A DNA stretch of 64,000 nucleotides from Candidatus Obscuribacterales bacterium. Its GTDB lineage: Bacteria > Cyanobacteriota > Vampirovibrionia > Obscuribacterales > Obscuribacteraceae. The stretch spans positions 1,952,001 through 2,016,000 of the forward strand of contig CBDDIJ010000003.1 in assembly GCA_965228855.1 (NCBI GenBank). The letters are read 5' to 3'. Of the stretch, positions 9,184 to 17,964 are shown one piece after another. Each line of letters opens with the position of its first letter. Position 1 is the stretch's first letter. The notes beneath the pieces were generated by a model that was not told where the DNA came from, made no database searches, and saw nothing but the letters and a program-made list of their open reading frames with translations. A program made the position numbers and the translations under genes.

Positions 9184-10611
9184 TTGTGCCTTATCACTGC
9201 TCCGATTTCCTGTTGGCATTTCCCCTTGGCAAGCAATACTCAAATAGTCGCAAACATCCACCGGAGCAACCGCCCGGGCAAGAGAATCTGGATTGGCATT
9301 TTTGCCGCCATCGCTCTGGTGACATTGCCGGTATTGCCTCTGAAATTTCTGGGAATCCCAGGACCAGACCTGGATTGGCACTCTATTGAATCTCTTTTCA
9401 GTAAAATAGGCGTCCCCGGTCAATCAACCACGCCTCAGGCAGTTGAAACAGCCGCGCCGGCTCTGAGCTCCGACATCAAGCTCATGGATGTAACCGTGAG
9501 ATCCCTTCTGGCTCAGGTATCGAAAAATCCAGGGGATCCTGCCCTACATAATAGAATTGGCTTAGTTTATGCGGAATTGGGAGAGCCCCATTCTGCCGTC
9601 ACGCATTTCGAAGAAGCTATCAAGCTGTCCAGGCAGAAGATCAAAGGTCTGACGCTGACCAGCAATCAAGCCATGGAAAAGCATGATGTCGATAAAGCAT
9701 CCGGATGCACTCTTGAAATTTCGGCACTCAACGTTCAACTAGCAGCCGCCCATAGCAGTCTTGCACGTGTCTACGAGCAGCTCGGCAAGAGCGATAAGGT
9801 TATGGCACAACTCAACGAATTGAGCAAAGACATATCGTTGAGCCGCGTCATCAAAGCTTCTACGCTATCGACGATTGCCGCAGCACCCGATGGCAGCACC
9901 ATCCTCAGTGCCAACGGCAGGCTGGACGCAGATACAGCAGCACTTCTCGCTCGAGCGGACGCCTTGCGCCAAGCCGGTCGCGGTCTTGAGGCGATGAATG
10001 AATATAAGAAACTTTCTGAAAGAGTACCTAATCTTGCACTTGTTCATAAAGAATATGGTCTAACAGCTCTTGCTATGCGAAACACGTGGCTCGCGCAGGA
10101 AGAACTAGAAAAGGCAGTCAAGCTGAACGGGAAGGACTCGGCAGCGCACACCGCCCTTGGTACCATACAAGGACAGCTCGGGCAACGTGACAGGGCAATC
10201 TCCGAGTTTGAAAAAGCAATAGCGCTCAATCCTAAAGAAGTGAATGCCGCATTCAATCTGGGTAACATCTATGCTGACGCCGGTCAGTACGACAAGGCTA
10301 TCGGCGCATTTCAAAAGGCAGTCGCAGGTCAGCCGGGATTTGCCCTGGCGCATAATAACCTTGCCACCATGTATTCGTTCTCCGGCGACACAGCCAGCGC
10401 CGCTCGCGAATTTAGAACAGCGATTAACCTGTCGCCAAACATGGCATCGGCCCATTACGGTTTAGGAATCGCCTGTCTCAACGAGAAAAGCTATGCAGAA
10501 AGTGCAAAGTCGTTTAAACGTGCGTTGCAGCTAAATCCTGATTTAATCGATGCACAGAGTAAACTTGAAGTTGCACAAAAGCGGTTACGCGGACAACTGA
10601 AGTTTAATTGA
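9184..10611 (+). CDS. Membrane-anchored TPR protein
   Basis: N-terminal TM segment and many 34-aa TPR repeats (AAFNLGNIY, AHNNLATMY, AHYGLGIA). Start uncertain. Confidence 0.85.
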   Translation: MCLITAPISCWHFPLASNTQIVANIHRSNRPGKRIWIGIFAAIALVTLPVLPLKFLGIPGPDLDWHSIESLFSKIGVPGQSTTPQAVETAAPALSSDIKLMDVTVRSLLAQVSKNPGDPALHNRIGLVYAELGEPHSAVTHFEEAIKLSRQKIKGLTLTSNQAMEKHDVDKASGCTLEISALNVQLAAAHSSLARVYEQLGKSDKVMAQLNELSKDISLSRVIKASTLSTIAAAPDGSTILSANGRLDADTAALLARADALRQAGRGLEAMNEYKKLSERVPNLALVHKEYGLTALAMRNTWLAQEELEKAVKLNGKDSAAHTALGTIQGQLGQRDRAISEFEKAIALNPKEVNAAFNLGNIYADAGQYDKAIGAFQKAVAGQPGFALAHNNLATMYSFSGDTASAAREFRTAINLSPNMASAHYGLGIACLNEKSYAESAKSFKRALQLNPDLIDAQSKLEVAQKRLRGQLKFN

Positions 10612-11294
10612 TCGACACCAACGAGTTTACCTGCGTTATTTTCACCGGACTGCCTGGTTCGGGAAAAACCACTTGTGGTGCGCACCTCGGCGAAGAACTC
10701 GGTCTTCCTTTCTTCGACACGGACGAGTTGATCGAGTCGAGCGAATGCAGAACAATCAAAGACATTTTTGCCACCGAGGGCGAAGCGCACTTTCGCCTAC
10801 TCGAACGCGAAGTTCTACGCCTGCTCGAACATGAAGTGGCGAAGAGATCACCTGCCTCCTCAGATTTGCCGGAGCTTTGCGATGAGCAAAAACCAGTTTC
10901 GGCCCAGCTTGCAGCTAGAATTGCCGACGAGATTGATGAGGCGAGCAAGGCAAAAGGCATGATTATTGCAGTTGGAGGGGGCGTTCCGGAATCGGAATCC
11001 AACAGAGAAGCACTTAGGCGGCTGGGCACAGTCGTCTACCTCGCGACTGAGCCTCAAGAAATCGCAGCCAGACTGACAGACGATGGACTGAGGCCGCTTT
11101 TGAGCGCAAACTCGCCGGAAGCCAAGGGCAGCGGGCACGCAAGGTCGAATATGGTTTCAAAATTAAAAGGGCTTCTTGACAGGAGAAGACAAGCGTATGA
11201 ATGCGCCGATATTAAGATAGACACCAAGGGGCTCAGCCCGCACCAGATCGTAAACGTGCTTCAAGAACGACTCAAAACGCACCTAAAGATCTAA
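10608..11294 (+). CDS. aroK: Shikimate kinase
   Basis: GLPGSGKTT P-loop, DTDELIE, IF--EGEAHFR--E, GGG, RPLL, R---Y. Confidence 0.92.
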   Translation: MIDTNEFTCVIFTGLPGSGKTTCGAHLGEELGLPFFDTDELIESSECRTIKDIFATEGEAHFRLLEREVLRLLEHEVAKRSPASSDLPELCDEQKPVSAQLAARIADEIDEASKAKGMIIAVGGGVPESESNREALRRLGTVVYLATEPQEIAARLTDDGLRPLLSANSPEAKGSGHARSNMVSKLKGLLDRRRQAYECADIKIDTKGLSPHQIVNVLQERLKTHLKI

Positions 11295-11412
11295 AAGAGA
11301 GCTTCTAAGGGTATAGAATTAACTCCGGTATTTGTCGACGAACTGTCGGCAGAAGTCAGGAGATTAAACTCACCGCCCGCCTGACCGAGACATCTGAGAG
11401 GAGAAACACCCG

Positions 11413-12030
11413 GTGGTCACCCAAGACGAACTTATGTACCTTCAGTCGCAACTAGAAGGGCTTGAGTCGATTTTTATGGAACTGATGCCATTTGGTGTTG
11501 AGCTCAAGCGCCAGCAGGTGCAAGATTTTTACGATAAGCGCCTCGACGCCGCCAGCAACCCTGTTTCGTCGGTCGCGCCCACAGAATTGAGACGCCAATT
11601 CAACACCAAGGCAAACCAGGTCAGAAACCTTGTTGACAGCGCTGAATCATTGGGCGATGCGGGCAATAAGCTCAACCTGATTAGAGCAGCTTCCTCGCTG
11701 CCCGAGGAGCGCAGCCGCTCGGTCACCAACTCGGTTCTGCAATTCTGCAAAGAACTCACATTTGAAACCAAAGCAGATCCCAAGCTCCTTGACGAGATTT
11801 TGAGATCAGGCGATCTGCGACCAGTGGAGGCTCGAATGTTGCTGGCAGCAGCGATGTTCCTGATCGCCGACCGGGTCGATAATGGCGGACAGAAGCTTGC
11901 AGTACGCGACTTGCTCGCTCAGTTTATCGGCATGGTAAAAGCGGAAAGGCTGTTGGCAAGAAACGATCCGTTTCTTCTGGAAGCACAGTGTGCGCTTGAA
12001 GCTCTCGACATGGAAGAAGCCGGGAATTAG
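11413..12030 (+). CDS. Hypothetical all-alpha protein
   Basis: 205-aa ORF with GAGGAG RBS before GTG; ends 2 nt before aroQ; no motif recognised. Confidence 0.7.
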   Translation: MVTQDELMYLQSQLEGLESIFMELMPFGVELKRQQVQDFYDKRLDAASNPVSSVAPTELRRQFNTKANQVRNLVDSAESLGDAGNKLNLIRAASSLPEERSRSVTNSVLQFCKELTFETKADPKLLDEILRSGDLRPVEARMLLAAAMFLIADRVDNGGQKLAVRDLLAQFIGMVKAERLLARNDPFLLEAQCALEALDMEEAGN

Positions 12031-12032
12031 CA

Positions 12033-12479
12033 GTGAAGATCAAGGTAATTCACGGTCCCAATCTTAATTTGCTTGGAACGCGTGAGCCCGAAAAATACGG
12101 CGCGAAAACGCTCGCGCAAATCAATACTGAGCTGGAAAACCTGGCTCGGCATCTCGGTATATCTACTATCGAGTTCTTTCAATCGAATATAGAGGGCGAA
12201 ATAGTCAACGAGATTCAGAAGGCTGGTCGCGACAGATTCGATGCGATTCTGATTAATCCGGCGGCTTACGGGCATACGTCCATAGCCATTCGTGATGCCT
12301 TTCTCGGCGTGGCAATTCCATTTGTAGAGGTGCATCTGTCCAATATCTACAAACGCGAAGAATTCCGCAAAAAAACATATCTTTCTGATATAGCCGAAGG
12401 CGTCATAACAGGCTTCCAGTCTGAAAGTTACATGTTTGGATTAACGGCGTTAAAAACGCTGGTTGATAAAAGACGCTAG
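12033..12479 (+). CDS. aroQ: Type II 3-dehydroquinate dehydratase
   Basis: HGPNLNLLGTREPEKYG, QSN-EGE, INPAAYGHTS-AIRDA, EVHLSNIYKRE-FR. Confidence 0.97.
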   Translation: MKIKVIHGPNLNLLGTREPEKYGAKTLAQINTELENLARHLGISTIEFFQSNIEGEIVNEIQKAGRDRFDAILINPAAYGHTSIAIRDAFLGVAIPFVEVHLSNIYKREEFRKKTYLSDIAEGVITGFQSESYMFGLTALKTLVDKRR

Positions 12480-12611
12480 TGGCGCTGGGCTCCGGAAGCA
12501 GCAAGATTGCAACACATTAATGAGCCAATAAGCCGTCTAACGGAGCGAATCGTAGAACCGGGCTATAATAGGGACTTGTTCGCTTGCGAACGTGGCTTGA
12601 GGATCAGTCTT

Positions 12612-13601
12612 TTGACTCAAAAGCAGAACGCAAAAACATCGCTAATCGGGTGCCTGGCTCTACTGTTGCTGTCTTCCGTGCCGCCCGCCTTCGCTCAAGA
12701 AGAGCAGGGCGAAACTAAAGCTGCACCGGCGGCGACACCAGCTGAAAAAACAAAAACAGATAGTGCCGCGAAAGGCGGAGGGCACTCGCATCCGCCTGCA
12801 GCTCGCGAGCACTACAACCGTGGAGTCGAATTGCACAGAAGCGGTTATCTGAACAAAGCAATTCTGGAATACAAAGAGGCCATCAATGCCGACGAGCATA
12901 TGGAGCCTGCATACAGTAACCTCGGTCTCGTTTACACCGCGCAAAAGAGCTGGAGCAAAGCGCTCGAAGCCTTTGACAAAGCGCTGACGATGAAGCCGGA
13001 TCGGACAACCAGTTTAAACGGTCTCGGCACCGTGCTCTACGCGATGAAGCGCAATGACGAAGCCATGGAAAAATGGAAGAAAGCGATTGAAATCGATCCC
13101 AATTTCGCATCAGCTTATTACAACATGGGCAATGCTTACGAGACCCAGGAGAAGAACAGAGACGCGCTACTGGCGTACGTCAAGGCATCGGACATCAATC
13201 CCAAAATGGCGGACGCATATTACCGCATGGGCTCACTGATGAATAAAACAAAGCACGGTCCGCAAGCGGCGGTGCTGTTGCAAAAGGCGGTGAAGCTGGC
13301 TCCCGATGCGGAGTTTGCTCGCGACGCCAAACGTCAGATTGAAACTCTGGAAAAACAATTCGAGAAAGACGGAGCGGAGTACAGCGCTTCCAGCCAACAA
13401 ACTTCAGATGATCGCACCGCCGGTGACACCAAGCCCAAAGCGGTCGCAACAGGAAATTCGACAGACAAAAACACGGACAAAAAAAAGCTTATCAAAAACC
13501 CGTTCAAGAAATCGGGCGACTCGAAAGAGGATAAGAACGTAAATATGTTTGTGCAACCGCCCTCAGGAGAAGCGGACCTTCGCTCGAAGGATACAGAGTA
13601 A
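12612..13601 (+). CDS. Secreted TPR protein
   Basis: Signal peptide (AFA-QE) and about five TPRs (AYSNLGLVY, AYYNMGNAY). ORF open from 12507; TTG 12612 chosen because it is downstream of TATAAT near 12564. Confidence 0.82.
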   Translation: MTQKQNAKTSLIGCLALLLLSSVPPAFAQEEQGETKAAPAATPAEKTKTDSAAKGGGHSHPPAAREHYNRGVELHRSGYLNKAILEYKEAINADEHMEPAYSNLGLVYTAQKSWSKALEAFDKALTMKPDRTTSLNGLGTVLYAMKRNDEAMEKWKKAIEIDPNFASAYYNMGNAYETQEKNRDALLAYVKASDINPKMADAYYRMGSLMNKTKHGPQAAVLLQKAVKLAPDAEFARDAKRQIETLEKQFEKDGAEYSASSQQTSDDRTAGDTKPKAVATGNSTDKNTDKKKLIKNPFKKSGDSKEDKNVNMFVQPPSGEADLRSKDTE

Positions 13602-13604
13602 TCG

Positions 13605-14162
13605 ATGATTGACACTCAGGCAAAAATGAATGCAGTTGCCGAGATGCTGGAAGGCACTGTGATCGAAAACTCAGTCGGTTTGGAAGTTCAAATTAAAGGC
13701 TCAGTCTCCGGTTTTCCCGCGACTTTGCAGGCGCTTCGCGCAGGGTTTCCTTTCGGCATCACGTATATCGTAGAAGTCAACGTTATGGAAGAGGGAACAC
13801 AAGACGATCCTCTAAACATGACGATTATGCCTCGCTACGCGCGTGGTTGGTTCAGTTTCCTCACCAGACTGTTGCTGCTCGAATCGAAAGGTCAGGCGAT
13901 TGGCGACAAGAAATTTGATTCGAAATTTTTGCTCTCTTTTGCGGACCACAACATCGCCGAGCGTTTCATCAAATACCCGGGAGTCATGGACCGCATCGAC
14001 GCCTTGCAGTTGAACACAAAGTTCAGCGAGATGGGAGTGAAGTCGAAAGCCGGTCTCTACCTCACGCAGCCAACTAATTTCAATTCGGTAAACCTGGACA
14101 TCGTCAGAGTAACCTTCAAGACTCTGGGCGAACTGGGACAGGTCTTATTCGAGTCATTCTGA
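13605..14162 (+). CDS. Hypothetical protein
   Basis: 185-aa ORF 3 nt after the previous stop; GD--FD-KF segment; no family recognised. Confidence 0.65.
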   Translation: MIDTQAKMNAVAEMLEGTVIENSVGLEVQIKGSVSGFPATLQALRAGFPFGITYIVEVNVMEEGTQDDPLNMTIMPRYARGWFSFLTRLLLLESKGQAIGDKKFDSKFLLSFADHNIAERFIKYPGVMDRIDALQLNTKFSEMGVKSKAGLYLTQPTNFNSVNLDIVRVTFKTLGELGQVLFESF

Positions 14163-14228
14163 TACGATCTGTCTGTTCTGGAAGCATCGAGTCTTCAGAG
14201 ATAAACAGCTGCGCGTTATCAGAAACAG

Positions 14229-15203
14229 ATGACAGTCAACGAGAACCTCATTGTTGTCGACAAGCTCATCAAGGCGTACGAAGGACGTCCTGATTTGGCG
14301 TTGAAAGGCATATCCGTCGAAGTAAAAGAGGGCGAGTGTTTCGGTCTCCTCGGACCAAACGGCGCGGGTAAAACCACGCTGATGGGTTGCCTTCTGGGCT
14401 TGCTTAATCCTGATGGCGGCAGTATTTCAATCGGCGGGCTCGACCCCAATGATTATGCAGTAAGAGAAGTCATAGGCTTTCTCCCTGAAAGGCCAAACTT
14501 CGAAAACTGGCTTACCGCAAGAGAGTTCATCGAGTATCATCATGCACTTGCCGGCGGAGACAAATCGACCAGAAGCAAGGACGTCGAGAATATGTTGCGT
14601 CGCGTGGCTCTGCAAGAAGATGCCTGGTCGAGAAAAACCGGAAAGTTCTCACGAGGGATGTTACAGCGATTGGGATTAGCCCAGGCTTTGATCGGCAACC
14701 CCAAGATCATTTTTCTGGATGAACCCGGATCAGGCATGGACCCGCCCGGAGTCACACTCTTGCGCGAAATCCTGCTTGAACTAAAACGCAGCAATGCAAC
14801 CATTGTTTTAAACTCGCACCATCTCGACGAGATGGAGAGAATTTGCGACCGCGTAGCATTCATCAAGAATGGGGAAATTCAAGCAATCAAAATAATGTCT
14901 GACGAATCAGATTATCCCCATGTACTTCGACTGCGATTCCTACCATCGCAAGCGGAAACAGAGCTGCAGGAGAAGATCGAGCGCGTCGCGTTGTCCACAG
15001 AGTCAACGCTTCTGGAGTTCGACAAGAAAACCGCGCGGCTTGCGGTTGCCAGCGGTGAGGCTGCCAGCAAAGTCATTCAAAGTTGCATAGAGAATCAGCT
15101 GCAAATCCAATCGGCAAGTCCTGAGTCAACGTCGCTAGAGCGTCTTTTCACGCAGATTCCGTCGCCCCCAGAAACAGCGAGGCTGGACGGACATGCTGAG
15201 TAA
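14229..15203 (+). CDS. ABC transporter ATP-binding protein (ABC-2 type)
   Basis: GPNGAGKTT, FSRGMLQRLGLAQAL, LDEP-SGMDP, NSH. Confidence 0.93.
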   Translation: MTVNENLIVVDKLIKAYEGRPDLALKGISVEVKEGECFGLLGPNGAGKTTLMGCLLGLLNPDGGSISIGGLDPNDYAVREVIGFLPERPNFENWLTAREFIEYHHALAGGDKSTRSKDVENMLRRVALQEDAWSRKTGKFSRGMLQRLGLAQALIGNPKIIFLDEPGSGMDPPGVTLLREILLELKRSNATIVLNSHHLDEMERICDRVAFIKNGEIQAIKIMSDESDYPHVLRLRFLPSQAETELQEKIERVALSTESTLLEFDKKTARLAVASGEAASKVIQSCIENQLQIQSASPESTSLERLFTQIPSPPETARLDGHAE

Positions 15204-16062
15204 ACCGATTTATTTGCAGACGATCAAGAAAATTTTGAATCATAAGATGATCATGTTTGCTCTCATCATGCTTGGATTTTTCATACCATTCAGTTTGATC
15301 CTGAACCCACAAAACCCAAGCGTTTCAGCAGTAGAGAGTTGGGATGCCTTTTCAATTTCGGCGATGTCAGCGCTTTTGATAGTGACGGCCACGAACTCAA
15401 TTGGAACCGCTCTGACGCTAGGTGGTCGCAGCGACTATATGCCGTTAATCGTGACTCGCCCACTGCACAGGTTCCAATATATCATCGCAAAGTGGCTTGC
15501 ACTGTCCACTGTCATCATCGCCGTTTCTCTGCTACAGCACACCATTCTCACCGTCAGTGGTGCCTATGCCAGATGGGGGCTGACTAACGAAATGATTCTT
15601 GCTGGCTTTCCGGAGCGGGTAATTTCAGCATTAAGCGTAGCCAGCGTCTTGACCATGATCTATTCGCTTCCCAAGCAGAGCCTTGTTCTCTGCGGAATAA
15701 TCGCCTTTGAAATCGCGACCGGAATCAGCATCTTTTCAATGAGTATAGCGGTTCCTCTTCCGGAACAGACCAGCGACGTCTCCTCGATGATTGTCACCAT
15801 AATCGGTGGCGATCAGTGGGCGAAGACGACGCTGCTGCCTGCAATTTTCGGCGGGCGAGCATTCAGCTCGGTCCAGCAATACGCGACCGTTTTGGTGAAC
15901 GTAGCTAATTTCTTGGCACCGCAAATTCATCTTTACGATATGTTCACGGCTAAGCCCTTTCTCTGGACTCCATTTCTGGAAGTGGCGAGCAACATGCTGC
16001 TTTCCCTCACGATCGCCTCAGCGATTTTAAACGCAAGGGAGTACCACTATGATTCTGACTAA
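15193..16062 (+). CDS. ABC-2 type permease
   Basis: Multiple TM helices, TRPL-R-QYI-AKW motif; overlaps the ATPase gene. Confidence 0.8.
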   Translation: MLSKPIYLQTIKKILNHKMIMFALIMLGFFIPFSLILNPQNPSVSAVESWDAFSISAMSALLIVTATNSIGTALTLGGRSDYMPLIVTRPLHRFQYIIAKWLALSTVIIAVSLLQHTILTVSGAYARWGLTNEMILAGFPERVISALSVASVLTMIYSLPKQSLVLCGIIAFEIATGISIFSMSIAVPLPEQTSDVSSMIVTIIGGDQWAKTTLLPAIFGGRAFSSVQQYATVLVNVANFLAPQIHLYDMFTAKPFLWTPFLEVASNMLLSLTIASAILNAREYHYDSD

Positions 16063-16804
16063 GAAAGGCTCCACCCGCGGAACTGTTTCCATACTCTTGA
16101 TGGCGGCAATGATTTTTCTTGGAACCCGCTTCCTGGTAAGTTACATAGAGGAAAACTTTCCAGCGTCGAACGCTCCCACAATAGCGTGGAAATCGGTGCC
16201 GGACGTCTTAAAGCGAAACGAGAAAGCGCTCGACGAAGAGACCATCGTTGACGTGAACACTGAAGGGGACGCTGGCAGCGATGCTGGAGGAGATGCCGGC
16301 GACATTGCAACGTCAGCGAAAACCAGTTCCAATAGCGGGGACAACGATAACACGGTAGCGGCAAGCGGTTCCAAACCTGTGGATAAAAACGGTAGTATCC
16401 GAGCCGACAAGAAAACCAAAAAGCGTTTTGCAGTTGAGCGACTCTTCCCTGACAATGTCGACCAGAAGCCGATCTTCTTCTTCTTTGCCGACGAGGGAAG
16501 TATTCTGTCGCAGCGCATGCAAAAACGAACCTTGTCCATCCCTGACATTCGAAACAAGATCAATCGCGAGTTTTATCCCGTAAAAATCAACTTTGATAAA
16601 CCGTTGACAAAAACGGAGTACAAACTTTATCACCAATACGCATCGGCTGCGGCTCCAGCTATAGCGATCAGATCGGCGACCGGTGATAATCTGGCTTACA
16701 ATGTCGGATATTTGAGCGGAGTAAAAACAGTAATCTTGCTGCAGAATGCGATGAACGTCCAGAAAAAACTTGATGAGGGAGGAGAAGCCGAACCGGACTT
16801 ATGA
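16049..16804 (+). CDS. Membrane-anchored thioredoxin-like protein lacking CxxC
   Basis: N-terminal TM, IAW, KPIFFFFADEGSILSQRM--RTL, F-PVKI-FD, AP-I: thioredoxin-fold pattern with S-x-x-S. Confidence 0.55.
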   Translation: MILTKKGSTRGTVSILLMAAMIFLGTRFLVSYIEENFPASNAPTIAWKSVPDVLKRNEKALDEETIVDVNTEGDAGSDAGGDAGDIATSAKTSSNSGDNDNTVAASGSKPVDKNGSIRADKKTKKRFAVERLFPDNVDQKPIFFFFADEGSILSQRMQKRTLSIPDIRNKINREFYPVKINFDKPLTKTEYKLYHQYASAAAPAIAIRSATGDNLAYNVGYLSGVKTVILLQNAMNVQKKLDEGGEAEPDL

Positions 16805-17415
16805 GTACAGACTCGATATTGCTAACCCCACAATTCCTCAGCGAAGTATCAAGTGAGTTTCAAAATTACCTGAGCGCTTTTCCAGACGAACGCGACAAAC
16901 TAGACATTCTTGCAAAGCAGCTCGGAGAAGAAGACCGAAGACTCTGCGACCGTAAAAATATGACTGGACACTTGACTGCAAGCGCTCTGCTTTTGAACTC
17001 AGATGCAGATGCGATTCTGTTGATTTATCACAACTTCTTGAAATTGTGGCTGCAGCCAGGCGGGCATCTCGACCCCGATGAACTTCCTTTGAATGGTGCG
17101 TTTCGTGAGTTCAGGGAGGAGACAGGAATAGCCAACATCCGGTTGCATCCCTGGCACGAACAGAACAAGATCCCCTTCGACATGGACACCCATGCAATAC
17201 CGGCGAATGAAACGAAGAACGAAGGAAGTCACTTTCATCACGACTTCCAATACTTGATCGAAGTCGACGGCGACGGCTATTCGGATGACGCCATCAAAAT
17301 CGATCTAAATGAGGTCTCGCAATATCGCTGGGTTTCAATCGCTGAACTGATCGAAAAGGACCACGATGACCGGTTGAAACGAGTCGCGGCAAAAATAAAG
17401 AACACCCTCTGCTGA
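16801..17415 (+). CDS. NUDIX hydrolase
   Basis: GHLTASA, WLQPGGH, A-REF-EETG Nudix box, H-HHDFQY. Confidence 0.92.
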   Translation: MSTDSILLTPQFLSEVSSEFQNYLSAFPDERDKLDILAKQLGEEDRRLCDRKNMTGHLTASALLLNSDADAILLIYHNFLKLWLQPGGHLDPDELPLNGAFREFREETGIANIRLHPWHEQNKIPFDMDTHAIPANETKNEGSHFHHDFQYLIEVDGDGYSDDAIKIDLNEVSQYRWVSIAELIEKDHDDRLKRVAAKIKNTLC

Positions 17416-17539
17416 TCGCCTGACATCAACATAACGTAGCGAAAAGCTCAATCTCGCTTGTCATATGGTAAAGTATACGTTGAATACCAGGTGAGTTGCC
17501 TTCGGGCATCGTTCACTGCATGACCTAAGAGGTGACAAA

Positions 17540-17896
17540 ATGGCCGAAACAACGACCACTAGCCCCGAAACCACGACAATCGTTTCACTGACCGAATCGG
17601 CGGCTGAAGAAGTAAAAAGACTTCTCACGGAAGAGCCTGACAAAGAAGGTCTGAGACTCGAAATCCGCGGTGGCGGCTGCTCCGGAATGTCGTATGGTCT
17701 GAGCTTCGATAAAGCACAAGAGAAAGACCACATTATCGAACAGCATGGCGTCAAAGTCTTCGTCGATCCGAAGAGCGCTATCTACCTGAAGGGCACTTTG
17801 CTCGACTTCGAACAAGGTCTCCAGGGCAAAGGTTTTGTGATCAAGAATCCGCAGTCGAAAGGCAATTGCGGATGCGGTCAATCCTTCTCGGTCTAG
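17540..17896 (+). CDS. iscA: A-type Fe-S cluster carrier (IscA/ErpA/SufA family)
   Basis: GGGCSGMSY and NP----NCGCGQSF; GAGG RBS. Confidence 0.93.
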   Translation: MAETTTTSPETTTIVSLTESAAEEVKRLLTEEPDKEGLRLEIRGGGCSGMSYGLSFDKAQEKDHIIEQHGVKVFVDPKSAIYLKGTLLDFEQGLQGKGFVIKNPQSKGNCGCGQSFSV

Positions 17897-17964
17897 TCTT
17901 TACCGGCTAGCCGAACGCCCGCCAGTCAGAAATCGCGGCAATCTCGCCGTCATAAGCGCGCACG

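Noticed and set aside
11287..11317. TCTAAAA...GGGTATAGAA upstream of the 11413 ORF as another motif copy
   Set aside because: The -10-like block matches, but the upstream block is 2 nt out of register; may be an ordinary promoter.
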